Positions 24,550 through 33,883 are shown, numbered from the stretch's first letter. The stretch: DNA of 49,389 bases from Candidatus Falkowbacteria bacterium HGW-Falkowbacteria-1 (GCA_002840305.1 PHAI01000001.1:178074-227462); one strand, 5' to 3'. Made by a program: numbers and translations. Notes: generated from the letters alone by a model not told the origin.

Positions 24550-26340
24550 ATGAATATACTGCAAAAAACAATAGAAAGGACAAGTAATACATACAAAAGG
24601 GACAAGTTTTTGCCTATTGTCGTTATTTTTTCTTTTATTTTTTTTGTTTTGGCTTCAATTTTGCCTTATTATCAAAAAGAACAAAGCTTTCTTAAATTTT
24701 TTTCACCAGATGAAAATGCTAATTATGTTTTTACAAAGTTATATGCCCAGACTGATACTCTCTCTATTTTTGAAAAGTATAATTTGATAGCTGATGATAT
24801 TGTTAGACCTAGAAGCTATATTAGTTCTTCTGGATTTATTAAGCCGGTAAGTTTTTTGGGTATGACCATTATTTATGGTCAAATTGCTAGATTTATTGGA
24901 ATAGGATTAATACCATTTCTGACACCATTCTTTGCGTCCATGGCTCTGATTTTTTACTATCTGTTAATTAAGAAATTTTTCGGGAGAAAGAATGCCTTGG
25001 TTTCATTTTTTCTATTTTTTTCTTTTCCAGTTCTACTATATTATTCGGCGCGAAGCATGTTCCATAATGTTTTGTTTTTGTCATTTTTAATTATGGCTTT
25101 ATATTTTTTGTCTGATCTTTTTGAGAGAAGGGTTTCTAGCGTCAAAAGGTATAAGGAAAAATATATAAAGAGACTTTTTGGGGTTGATTTTTTATTTTCG
25201 GCTTTATCTGGCTTGTTTTTTGGTTTAGCCATCGCTGTTAGGTCTTCTGAGTTAATTTGGCTGTTTTTAGCTGCCTTGCCATTTTTCATTCTTAAATATA
25301 AAAAACTTAGCTTTTTCCGTTTGTCTATTTTTATTTCTTTTTTTATTTTGGCCTTGATTCCAGTGTTCTGCCATAATCAAATATTATACAACTCCCCTTT
25401 TTATGGTGGTTATTTTGAAATGAACAAGTCGATAGAAGAAATAAGTCAGGCGGGAGGGGGAATTGTGAGATCATTTTTTTTGGGTAGCTTTAACGATGTG
25501 AAAGTTCTGACCAAGTCTATATTTAATACTATTTTTTATTTTGGTTTTTTCCCTAGACAATCTTTGGAAATGTTTGATAAATATTTTGTTAAAATGTTTT
25601 GGTATTTATGTTGGCCGACTGTTTTTGGTTTATTCTACTTTTTCGTTAAAGACCGAAAAAGAATTAAAAAATTTGGCCCCTATTTGTTTTCCTGGTTAAT
25701 AGCATCGTTTTTCTTGATTTTCTATTATGGTTCATGGAAGTTTGTTGATAATCCTGACCCGAGTAGCTTTACTATCGGCAATTCTTATACTAGATACTGG
25801 CTTCCAATTTATATTGGATTTTTTCCCTTTGTAGCTCATTTTGTTTTAAATATTGGTAGAATATTTTTCTTTTTAAAGAATAAGAAAGTTTATTTATATC
25901 TTAAAAATTCAATTTCGCTTATAGTGTTAATTGTTTTAATGTTTTTGTCTTTTAAATTTGTTTATGACGGGTCGGAAGAGGGGCTTAAATATTATTTTGC
26001 CAAGTTGGATGTAGCCAAGGAAGAGGTGGGCAGAATAATAGAATTAACTGAAAGTAATGCAGTTGTTGTTACTCAGTATCATGATAAATTTTTATTTCCA
26101 GAAAGAAAAGTGATTGTTGGTCGTTTTAACGATGATAATATGAACAAAAATTATTATAAATTAGCGGGATACCTTCCGACTTATTATTATAATTTTACTT
26201 TTCCAGAAAGTGATTTAAAATATTTAAATGATAGACGGTTAAAAGAGTTTGGTCTACAAATTGAATTGGTAGAAACACTTAATCAAGATTTCTCTCTTTA
26301 TAAAGTATACAGGCCTTTGCCCGTTTTTTGTGTTTTTTAA
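24550..26340 (+). CDS. polytopic membrane protein, probable GT-C-fold glycosyltransferase (ArnT/PMT-like)
   Basis: At least 10 hydrophobic segments and an acidic PDE motif in the first predicted loop (FFSPDENANYVF). The C-terminal soluble domain is unassigned. Confidence 0.45.
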   Translation: MNILQKTIERTSNTYKRDKFLPIVVIFSFIFFVLASILPYYQKEQSFLKFFSPDENANYVFTKLYAQTDTLSIFEKYNLIADDIVRPRSYISSSGFIKPVSFLGMTIIYGQIARFIGIGLIPFLTPFFASMALIFYYLLIKKFFGRKNALVSFFLFFSFPVLLYYSARSMFHNVLFLSFLIMALYFLSDLFERRVSSVKRYKEKYIKRLFGVDFLFSALSGLFFGLAIAVRSSELIWLFLAALPFFILKYKKLSFFRLSIFISFFILALIPVFCHNQILYNSPFYGGYFEMNKSIEEISQAGGGIVRSFFLGSFNDVKVLTKSIFNTIFYFGFFPRQSLEMFDKYFVKMFWYLCWPTVFGLFYFFVKDRKRIKKFGPYLFSWLIASFFLIFYYGSWKFVDNPDPSSFTIGNSYTRYWLPIYIGFFPFVAHFVLNIGRIFFFLKNKKVYLYLKNSISLIVLIVLMFLSFKFVYDGSEEGLKYYFAKLDVAKEEVGRIIELTESNAVVVTQYHDKFLFPERKVIVGRFNDDNMNKNYYKLAGYLPTYYYNFTFPESDLKYLNDRRLKEFGLQIELVETLNQDFSLYKVYRPLPVFCVF

Positions 26341-26383
26341 ATGCGAACATTGGTAGAATTTCATCTTAATTCGTGATTTTTAT

Positions 26384-26410
26384 GCTACTTTTTCTGAAAA
26401 AGTAGCTTTG
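26384..26410 (+). terminator. hairpin, possible terminator or 5' leader structure
   Basis: Perfect 10-bp stem GCTACTTTTT-ctg-AAAAAGTAGC followed by TTTG. Confidence 0.4.
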
Positions 26411-26423
26411 AGACAAAAGATTT

Positions 26424-28754
26424 ATGACTTACAATATTATTACAATTGGTTGCCAAATGAATGTCGCTGACAGCGAAAGGCTTCGTGTTTATTTGGAAAA
26501 ACTAGGTTTCAAAAATGAACCTAATTTTTTGTTGTCTAATTTGGTGGTTTTTGTTACTTGTGGAGTCAAGCAAGCAGCAGAAGACCGCATTCACGGGCTT
26601 ATAAATAGGATTTATAAAAATAACAAAAAGATCGTGGTCGCGATTACTGGTTGTCTGAGTGACAGGGATGATTTGCAAAAAAGTTTTGGAACTAGGGTTA
26701 AAATTTGGTTTAATATTTCTGATTTATTAAATTTGGATGTTAGGCTTAAAAAATATTTTTCAAAAATAAAAAAAATATCTCCTAAAGAAAAAAATTATTT
26801 AGAATTAGATGTTGATTATTCTTCTATTTTTTCAGCTTTAGTACCAATCGGTAATGGGTGTAATAATTTTTGTTCTTATTGTGTAGTTCCTTATGCTCGC
26901 GGTCGAGAGGTTTATCGGCCAGCTTATGATATTTTAAAAGAAGTAAAAGGCTTAATTGACAGTGGTTATAAAGAAATAACATTGTTGGCACAAAATGTTA
27001 ACAGTTACAGTTCGGAAAACAATAATAAAATAATTAAGGAGTTTGGTTTTAAGTCAAAAAGAGCAAAGATAGATTTTGCTGATTTAGTTTCGATAATTGA
27101 TGATATGAAGGCCAATTTTTGGTTGAGATTTTCTTCTAGCCACCCCAAGGATGTTAGTGATAAATTGATTAAAGTTTTAAAAAAATCAAAACATATTTGC
27201 GAACATTTTCATTTAGCAGTGCAATCTGGAGATAATGACATTCTTAAGGTTATGAATAGAAAATATAAGATTGAAGACTATAAAGGTAAAATCAAAAAAA
27301 TAAGAGAAGCGCTCGATTTTAAGAATGGATTTTCGGCTGCTATTACTAGCGATATAATTGTTGGTTTTCCTGGAGAAAAGAAAAAGCATTTTAATAATAC
27401 TAAAAAACTTTTTAAAGAAATTGGTTTTGATTTGGTTTATATATCTAAGTATAGCCCGAGATATAAAACGGCTTCGTCTTATTTAAAAGATGATGTATCT
27501 ATGTTGGAAAAAAAAGAAAGAGAAAAAGAATTGAATATTTTACTTCGAAAATCGGCTTTACAAAATAATAAGCAATATTTAGACAAAGAACTTGAGGTTT
27601 TGTTTGAAAAAATTGATCGTAAAGGCTTTTTAATTGGTAGAACCAGAAGTTCTAAAATCGTTAGAATTAAACACAAAATTTCTTGTCCACAAAGGTTGAT
27701 TGGTGAGTTTATTAAAACAAAAATAATAAAAGTCTTTGAGTTTGAGCTTGAAGGGCGAATTGTTGATTTTGTAGATAGTTGTGCTAGTGTTAGCAGTAAA
27801 GAAATAACAAAGAACAATGACAAAATAAAAAGTAAAACAAATGGGAAGGTCGTTGTAATTTTAGGGCCAACTGCTAGCGGCAAAACATCTCTGGCTGTAA
27901 AATTAGCCGACAAATTCAATGGTGAGATAGTCAGTGCTGATAGTCGTCAAGTCTATAAGGGGATGGATATTGGTACTGGCAAAGACTTGAGTGAGTATTT
28001 TATAAAAAATAAAGAAATAAAGTGTCACTTACTAGACGTAGTTGATCCTAAGGATATTTTTTCTTTGGCTGATTATCAAAAACAAGCATTTTCGGCTATT
28101 GATGAAATTTTGAAGAGAAACAAATTACCGTTTTTGGTTGGTGGTAGTGGTCTTTATTTGGAGGCGGTGGTTGATAATTATTTATTGTCCAATTCTAAGC
28201 CTTCCTTTGAAAAAAGAGATGAATATGAGGCTTTGGATTTGACAGAATTACAAAATAGAATAAAAAAAATAAATAAAAAATTCTTTAATAGTTTAAATAA
28301 CAGTGAGTCAAATAACAAAAGAAGATTGGCTAGATACCTAGAGGTTTTATTAAGTGAAAAAAAGTTTGTAGCTAAAAAAGGGAAGAGAAGATATAATTTT
28401 TTAATTCTAGGTCTCAATCCTGAGAGAAAAATAATAAAAGAAAGGATATATAAAAGGTTATTAGATAGGCTTAATAATGAAGACATGGTCGGTGAAGTCA
28501 AAAGGCTTAATGAGGGTGGGGTTAGTTTTGAGAGACTAGAGAGTTTTGGCCTGGAGTATAGATTTGTTTCTTATTATTTACAAAAAAAAATAAGCTATCA
28601 ACAATTAATCGATCGCTTATTTATAGCTATTTGTCAGTTCTCTAAGAAACAAATGTCCTGGTTTAGAAGATGGGAGAGAAATGGAGCGGAAATTGTTTGG
28701 CTAGAAGACAAAGAAGGTTCTGGTAAAAAGATTAAAGAATTTCTTGAAAAATAA
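26424..28754 (+). CDS. miaB-miaA: fusion protein: MiaB-type radical-SAM methylthiotransferase (N) + MiaA tRNA dimethylallyltransferase (C)
   Basis: N-terminal part: UPF0004 Cys triad context (GCQMN, VTCGV, ITGCL), radical-SAM GCNNFCSYCVVPYARG and a TRAM-like end. C-terminal part: GPTASGKTSLAV, ADSRQVYKGMDIGTGK, GGSGLY and SKKQMSWFRR. One continuous 776-aa ORF. Confidence 0.85.
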   Translation: MTYNIITIGCQMNVADSERLRVYLEKLGFKNEPNFLLSNLVVFVTCGVKQAAEDRIHGLINRIYKNNKKIVVAITGCLSDRDDLQKSFGTRVKIWFNISDLLNLDVRLKKYFSKIKKISPKEKNYLELDVDYSSIFSALVPIGNGCNNFCSYCVVPYARGREVYRPAYDILKEVKGLIDSGYKEITLLAQNVNSYSSENNNKIIKEFGFKSKRAKIDFADLVSIIDDMKANFWLRFSSSHPKDVSDKLIKVLKKSKHICEHFHLAVQSGDNDILKVMNRKYKIEDYKGKIKKIREALDFKNGFSAAITSDIIVGFPGEKKKHFNNTKKLFKEIGFDLVYISKYSPRYKTASSYLKDDVSMLEKKEREKELNILLRKSALQNNKQYLDKELEVLFEKIDRKGFLIGRTRSSKIVRIKHKISCPQRLIGEFIKTKIIKVFEFELEGRIVDFVDSCASVSSKEITKNNDKIKSKTNGKVVVILGPTASGKTSLAVKLADKFNGEIVSADSRQVYKGMDIGTGKDLSEYFIKNKEIKCHLLDVVDPKDIFSLADYQKQAFSAIDEILKRNKLPFLVGGSGLYLEAVVDNYLLSNSKPSFEKRDEYEALDLTELQNRIKKINKKFFNSLNNSESNNKRRLARYLEVLLSEKKFVAKKGKRRYNFLILGLNPERKIIKERIYKRLLDRLNNEDMVGEVKRLNEGGVSFERLESFGLEYRFVSYYLQKKISYQQLIDRLFIAICQFSKKQMSWFRRWERNGAEIVWLEDKEGSGKKIKEFLEK

Positions 28755-28759
28755 AAAGA

Positions 28760-29746
28760 TTATTCGCAAACTATACCTTCGGAATCGCTAGCATCAACAT
28801 CATAGTGGCAGTTAGCTGGAAATCCATTCAAGAAATGGTCACTCTGAAATTCATTAGTAGCCGATGATTCAAGTCTGTATTTAATACGGAAATAATCATC
28901 TCCTTCACTGTTAAAATTGTTAATTGCAAAGAATTTGTAAGGATACCAACCTGTTTTCCATGTGCCAATTGGTAGATAATTATTCAGGGGAATATTTCTT
29001 AGATAAACCGGGCCACTTTCGCATGCAGTGTTAGATGATTGGCCGGGATCATTCAGGTCTGTTGAAAGTTTTATACACCAATTACTTTGGTCCGGACATG
29101 GTACACTTACTCCGTAGATGCCATAAGGCCTATCTGGCTCGCTTGTTACTGTCGAACAATTAGTATTTCTTCCATAATTTTCTATTAATGACCATCCATC
29201 GTAGATAACATAATAAGATAGATCATTTTTGAAGTAGTAGCCATTATCATGATACATTTTTAGCATGGCATTTGTAATCTTTTTAATATCAAATAATCTT
29301 TGGCCATCTCGGACGTCGGAACAAGAGTCGAGACCCGTAGGCGTTACGCAGTTTTCTCCTGATTCGTATTTGTTTAAATTATTTTCCAAGCAAAATTCTA
29401 AGACATAGAAATCACCATCGTGTAGTTTTTTATAGGTATACTCTTTTTCTTCGCAGTCTTTACTAGCTGGCTGAGAATTTTTTGGTATATTGGCCATGTA
29501 TATTTTGTCGGTAGTTGATCCGAGTAGATCTCCCCCAAAGATTAGTTCGTCAGGGTAGGTTCCTTCGTTCCTGTAGTATGACTCTAATGCCATTTGTATC
29601 TCGCCCATATCGCTAGTTCTTTTTGTATCCCTTCCACTTCTTCTTATCTCTTTAAGGGATATGCTGACCATAGAAAAAAGAACTCCGATTATTATTATGG
29701 AAATTATAAGTTCTACTAAGGTGAAGGCCTTTTTTTTATCTAGCAT
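28760..29746 (-). CDS. prepilin-type N-terminal domain protein with large Cys-rich C-terminal domain
   Basis: MLDKKKA|FTLVELIISIIIIGVLF (A-1, F+1, E+5), then GRDTKRTSDMGEIQMALESYY, typical of T2SS-G/pilin folds. About 14 Cys. Confidence 0.65.
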   Translation of the reverse strand: MLDKKKAFTLVELIISIIIIGVLFSMVSISLKEIRRSGRDTKRTSDMGEIQMALESYYRNEGTYPDELIFGGDLLGSTTDKIYMANIPKNSQPASKDCEEKEYTYKKLHDGDFYVLEFCLENNLNKYESGENCVTPTGLDSCSDVRDGQRLFDIKKITNAMLKMYHDNGYYFKNDLSYYVIYDGWSLIENYGRNTNCSTVTSEPDRPYGIYGVSVPCPDQSNWCIKLSTDLNDPGQSSNTACESGPVYLRNIPLNNYLPIGTWKTGWYPYKFFAINNFNSEGDDYFRIKYRLESSATNEFQSDHFLNGFPANCHYDVDASDSEGIVCE

Positions 29747-29749
29747 ATA

Positions 29750-31258
29750 TTAGAGAGAGTTTATTATTTCAATTATCTTTTTGGGATTATATTTTCCATG
29801 ACTCTCGGCCATTACTTTACCTATAAGAAACTGGAGTAAAGCACTTTTACCATTTTTATATTCTTGGAACTGCTCGTTGTTTTCTACTATTATTTTTTTT
29901 ATAATTTCTTGAAGTTCGACACTATTTTCTTCATTTTTTTGTTCCAGGCCTAATTTGTCCATAATATTACTTGGATCTCCGCCATTTTCAAATATTATTT
30001 TTAATATTTTCTGCCCAGAGCTTGAATTTATTTTTTCTTGATAAACGAGAGATATTAATTCGGCAAAATTTTCCGCTGTTATTTTCAAAGCTCTTATTTT
30101 AGTTTTACTTTCATTTAACAATTTAAACAATTCACCACTTATCCAGTTGGCAGTCATTTTGGCTAGTTTGATTTCTTGGTTTTCCCATGATTGACCAATG
30201 GCTCCGGTCCATTCTCTAAGTTCTGATATCACCATTTCAAACCAGTTAGCTGTGTCCTTATCGTTAGTTAAGACCTCAGCCATGTCTGGAGAAATATTAT
30301 ATTGTTTAACAAATCGCTCTCTCTTTTTGTGAGGAAGCTCTATTATTTGTTTTTTTAATTCATCAATTAAATGGCTACTTGTTTTTATTGGTAAAATGTC
30401 AGGTTCGGGAAAATAACGATAGTCAGCACTACTTTCTTTTATTCTTTGGCTGAAAGTCTCTCCCGTATTATCACTGCAACCCCTGGTTTCGGCTAGTACT
30501 TTCTCTCCCTTATCAAGCAATTCACTTTGTCTTTTTATTTCGTAATTTATAGCTTTTTCTAATGATTTAAAGGAATTAATATTTTTTATTTCAACTTTAG
30601 GGTTGAGTTTTTTTCCGTTTTTTCCGCTTAGACTGCCTTTGTCATTTCTTTCCCATGATCCTTTTTTTTGTAGACTGATATTGGCTTCGCATCTCATCTC
30701 TCCTTTCTCCATATTGGCTTCGCTGATGTTCAAATATTGTAATATTTGTTGGTATGTTTGGCAAAAAATTTTGGCCGTTATAGCATCTTCGATCATCGGT
30801 TCAGTAACCAGCTCTATGAGTGGCACTCCGGATCTGTTAAAGTCTATTAATGTATAATTTTTGCCAGAAGGATGGTTTAGCTTTCCGGTGTCTTCTTCTA
30901 GATGAATTCTAGTAATTTCGATTTTTTGTTTGTTTATTTCTAGAAAACCTTGATAGGCAAATGGCATATCAAATTGTGATATCTGATATCCTTTTGGTAG
31001 GTCAGGATAAAAATAATTTTTACGATCAAATTTGCTGAGTTGGTTTATTTTGCAATTCAAAGCTAATCCAAGTATAATTGTTTTTTCAACTGCTTTTTTG
31101 TTGGCTCTTGGAAGTGTCCCTGGGTGTCCAAGACATATTGGACAAGTATTTTTGTTTGGTTCAGAATTGAAGGGATCATTTTTGCACGAGCAAAACATTT
31201 TGCTATTCGTTTTTACCTCAGCATGAATTTCTAGACCGATTATAACATCATACTTCAT
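29750..31258 (-). CDS. gatB: Asp-tRNA(Asn)/Glu-tRNA(Gln) amidotransferase subunit B
   Basis: MKYDVIIGLEIHAEVKTNSKMFCSC...CPICLGHPGTLP...FDRKNYFYPDLPKGYQISQ, plus a YqeY-like tail. Confidence 0.95.
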   Translation of the reverse strand: MKYDVIIGLEIHAEVKTNSKMFCSCKNDPFNSEPNKNTCPICLGHPGTLPRANKKAVEKTIILGLALNCKINQLSKFDRKNYFYPDLPKGYQISQFDMPFAYQGFLEINKQKIEITRIHLEEDTGKLNHPSGKNYTLIDFNRSGVPLIELVTEPMIEDAITAKIFCQTYQQILQYLNISEANMEKGEMRCEANISLQKKGSWERNDKGSLSGKNGKKLNPKVEIKNINSFKSLEKAINYEIKRQSELLDKGEKVLAETRGCSDNTGETFSQRIKESSADYRYFPEPDILPIKTSSHLIDELKKQIIELPHKKRERFVKQYNISPDMAEVLTNDKDTANWFEMVISELREWTGAIGQSWENQEIKLAKMTANWISGELFKLLNESKTKIRALKITAENFAELISLVYQEKINSSSGQKILKIIFENGGDPSNIMDKLGLEQKNEENSVELQEIIKKIIVENNEQFQEYKNGKSALLQFLIGKVMAESHGKYNPKKIIEIINSL

Positions 31259-31260
31259 AC

Positions 31261-31824
31261 TTAAAGTTTTAATATTTTAGATAGCCCCTCAGAAAGTGGC
31301 TCGTTTTCTTTTTCTAGGTCTTCTTCGAGATATTGTAGTAAATGGTTTCTGACCATGATTGGGTTTTCGTTTTCTAGCGGTACCGTCAGTCTATGGTTTA
31401 TAGGATTTTTAAATTCAAAAAATATTTTTTTAACGTTTTCTTCTGGTTTATAAATAATATAAAATTTTGATATTGATTCAAATTTATAAAATTTTTGTCC
31501 AACGAATAAACCGTTATATTTTAATTCGATTTTTATTCTTTTTGGGTTTTCGCTGTCGTAGAAAACAATCAAGGCGCTAAATAGTATCATTATTAAAGCA
31601 AAAAGATAGTTTTTATCAGTAATTGCCCAAATTATTAGCCCTAGAGTAATAATTGAGGCTATAATATACCATCTCTTGCTTCTTTGATGTTTTACGAATT
31701 CATTAATTTCCCAGTTTAGGTTAATTTGTTCGGTGTTGTCGTTTTTATTAGGAGCCTCTTTTCTTTCTATTTTTTGATTTTCTATTACTTTTTTGTTTTT
31801 ATGCTTGGACATATTAATTGACAT
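31261..31824 (-). CDS. hypothetical membrane protein (two TM helices followed by a beta-rich domain)
   Basis: 187-aa ORF ending 2 nt upstream of the gatB start. Hydrophobic pair WYIIASIITLGLIIWAI / LFALIMILFSALIVF. Confidence 0.5.
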   Translation of the reverse strand: MSINMSKHKNKKVIENQKIERKEAPNKNDNTEQINLNWEINEFVKHQRSKRWYIIASIITLGLIIWAITDKNYLFALIMILFSALIVFYDSENPKRIKIELKYNGLFVGQKFYKFESISKFYIIYKPEENVKKIFFEFKNPINHRLTVPLENENPIMVRNHLLQYLEEDLEKENEPLSEGLSKILKL

Positions 31825-31957
31825 TATTTATTATATTTTATAATATATCTGTATTATACCATAAATTGTTTTTTTCAACAATTTTAATAAATAAAAATGG
31901 AGAGGTGTCCACGTATAGTTTTCGGCACGTGGCTAGCTTAAAAATTAAAAAAATATT

Positions 31958-32047
31958 GGAGAGGTGGCTGAGCGGCTGAAAGCAGCATCCTGCTAAGATG
32001 TTAAGGGGGTAACTCCTTCAAGGGTTCGAATCCCTTCCTCTCCGCCA
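31958..32047 (+). tRNA. tRNA-Ser(GCU), class II with long variable arm, CCA encoded
   Basis: Acceptor GGAGAGG/CCTCTCC, D-arm GCT-GAGCGGCTGAA-AGC, anticodon arm GCATC-CTGCTAA-GATGT, variable arm AAGGGG-GTAA-CTCCTT, T-arm AAGGG-TTCGAAT-CCCTT, discriminator G, then CCA. Confidence 0.9.
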
Positions 32048-32115
32048 AGAATATTTAGTATCGGAAGACCCGAGTGCCTTGATTTTATTGAGGTTTCTGA
32101 AGTGCTAAAATTATC

Positions 32116-32157
32116 AAAAGTTCGAACCTTTAAGGGATTCGAACTTTTTTGTTTTTT
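32116..32157 (+). terminator. rho-independent terminator after the tRNA; contains a tRNA-derived fragment
   Basis: AAAAGTTCGAA / TTCGAACTTTT 11-bp stem with an 11-nt loop, followed by TTgTTTTTT. Confidence 0.55.
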
Positions 32158-32183
32158 AGTTAGTTTTATGTTAAAATTAAATT

Positions 32184-32834
32184 ATGAAATTTGAACAAAT
32201 AAACAATGAAAAAAAAGAAAAAGAGCCTAAGATAGAAATCATAAGCTCTGATTTAGCATCTAAAAAAATAAAAGATAATCCCTTTTTTAATAAATATCAT
32301 TGGGCGATGGCTGATTGGCAAGAGGATAAACTATATCTTCCGCCTCAATCTGATGAAGCTATAACTTTTGCTGTGGCGTCTCATGAATTAGGACATTTAG
32401 TTAAGAAAAATAGATTAGAGCCCGATAGAGAGGATTTTAATACCACCTATAAAGAAGAATTAAGAGCTTGGGAGTTGGGTTGGGATTATTTAACTAAACA
32501 TCTTTCGGATTATTATGAAAATAAAGAGGATGTTGTGTTTTTAGAAAATATAAAAAACAAGATTAAAGAAAAAATATTGGCCATAACAGAGTTAACTAAA
32601 CCTTTTTATGGGCATAATAATTTCGACGATATTAAAGATCAAAGAGATTACTTTTTAAAAACAGAGGAGGGAATTAATATTAAAAATGAGCTAGACGAAT
32701 TAGAAAATTTTGTTAAAGATTTGCTTATTAAAAATAATCAAGAAAAGTTTTTAAGTAAAATTGATTGGGATAAATTTGTTGCAGTCATTAGAAAAGCCTT
32801 AATTGATATAGAAAAAGATAATAAAAATAGTTAA
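32184..32834 (+). CDS. hypothetical protein with HExxH zinc-metallopeptidase motif
   Basis: AVASHELGHLVKK is the only recognisable motif. 216 aa with no signal peptide. Confidence 0.45.
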   Translation: MKFEQINNEKKEKEPKIEIISSDLASKKIKDNPFFNKYHWAMADWQEDKLYLPPQSDEAITFAVASHELGHLVKKNRLEPDREDFNTTYKEELRAWELGWDYLTKHLSDYYENKEDVVFLENIKNKIKEKILAITELTKPFYGHNNFDDIKDQRDYFLKTEEGINIKNELDELENFVKDLLIKNNQEKFLSKIDWDKFVAVIRKALIDIEKDNKNS

Positions 32835-32899
32835 TTTTATTTTTCAATTGTCACAACCCCTTTAGTAATTTTTATCTTACTCCTAAAACACCACTCCGC

Positions 32900-32915
32900 A
32901 TCCCTTACTCTCCGC
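32900..32915 (+). repeat. att-like copy of the tRNA-Ser 3' end
   Basis: ATCCCTTaCTCTCCGC matches tRNA positions 32030-32045 (ATCCCTTcCTCTCCGC) at 15 of 16 nt. Confidence 0.6.
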
Positions 32916-33007
32916 GGATTGCAAACAGCTCTAGTATTGGAGCTATATTGCCTTGGAGCGATATGTTATACTAAACATAGTAGAATTATAATTAGCAGAA
33001 ATCAAAT

Positions 33008-33883
33008 ATGAGAAATCCATTTGTTCATGTTGTTACCACTGATAAATTAGATTTATACGGCGTTTTAATAAACGCTCCGAAAAAAGATACTATTATTATC
33101 AATATTCACGGAACCGCTGATAATTTTTATGATAATGACTTTATTTGGCAAATTGCGGAAACTGTAAGGCCATTAAATGTTTCTGTTTTATCGGTCAATA
33201 ATCGTGGTTCGTATAATTTGGAATTCTATGACTACGGCTTAGATGCTCGCAGAAATTCAGGAGCTTCTGTTGAAATTTTTGAAAAATGCATTCTTGATAT
33301 TGACGCCTGGATAAAATTTGCGCTAGCATTGGGCTATAAAAAGATAATTTTAGAAGGCCATAGTTTGGGCACGGAAAAAGTTGTTTATTATATGAACAAG
33401 GGGAGATATAAAGATAAAGTTAAGGCTGTTATTTTATTAGGTTTTTCTGATTCTTATGGCTATCATTTTCAATATTTTGATAAAAAGAGAAGGGGCGTTT
33501 TGTTTGATGAGGCGAAGTTATTATTAAAAAACAATAAAGGAGAACAATTTTTGACTAAACCTTGGTTATCTCATGCCGGGGTTTTGCCTCAAAGCGCTGA
33601 ATCTTATATCAACTTTTTTAGTGATGAATCTGAACTATCAAAGACCTTCCCGATACGCAAGGGTGGTGATTTGACAATGTATAAAAAAATAAAGGTGCCA
33701 GTTTTAGGGGTTATAGGTGACCAAGAGGAATATACAGTAATACCAATTCAAAAAGCGATTACATTGCTTAGGGTGGAGAATGAAATGGCAAAAATATACC
33801 AAATAAAGTCTTCTGATCATAATTTTTCCGGCAAAGAAAAAAAACTTGCTGGCATTATTAAAGAATTTATAAAAAATCATTAG
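33008..33883 (+). CDS. alpha/beta-fold hydrolase
   Basis: Nucleophile elbow GHSLGT, a late Asp/His (SSDHNF), and about 290 aa. Confidence 0.7.
   Translation: MRNPFVHVVTTDKLDLYGVLINAPKKDTIIINIHGTADNFYDNDFIWQIAETVRPLNVSVLSVNNRGSYNLEFYDYGLDARRNSGASVEIFEKCILDIDAWIKFALALGYKKIILEGHSLGTEKVVYYMNKGRYKDKVKAVILLGFSDSYGYHFQYFDKKRRGVLFDEAKLLLKNNKGEQFLTKPWLSHAGVLPQSAESYINFFSDESELSKTFPIRKGGDLTMYKKIKVPVLGVIGDQEEYTVIPIQKAITLLRVENEMAKIYQIKSSDHNFSGKEKKLAGIIKEFIKNH

Noticed and set aside
32835-33007. Small ncRNA in the relatively GC-rich spacer before the alpha/beta hydrolase gene
   Set aside because: Only short 4-5-bp hairpins are present and nothing resembles RNA families I know. The GC-rich core is better explained as the tRNA-derived att-like fragment at 32900-32915.
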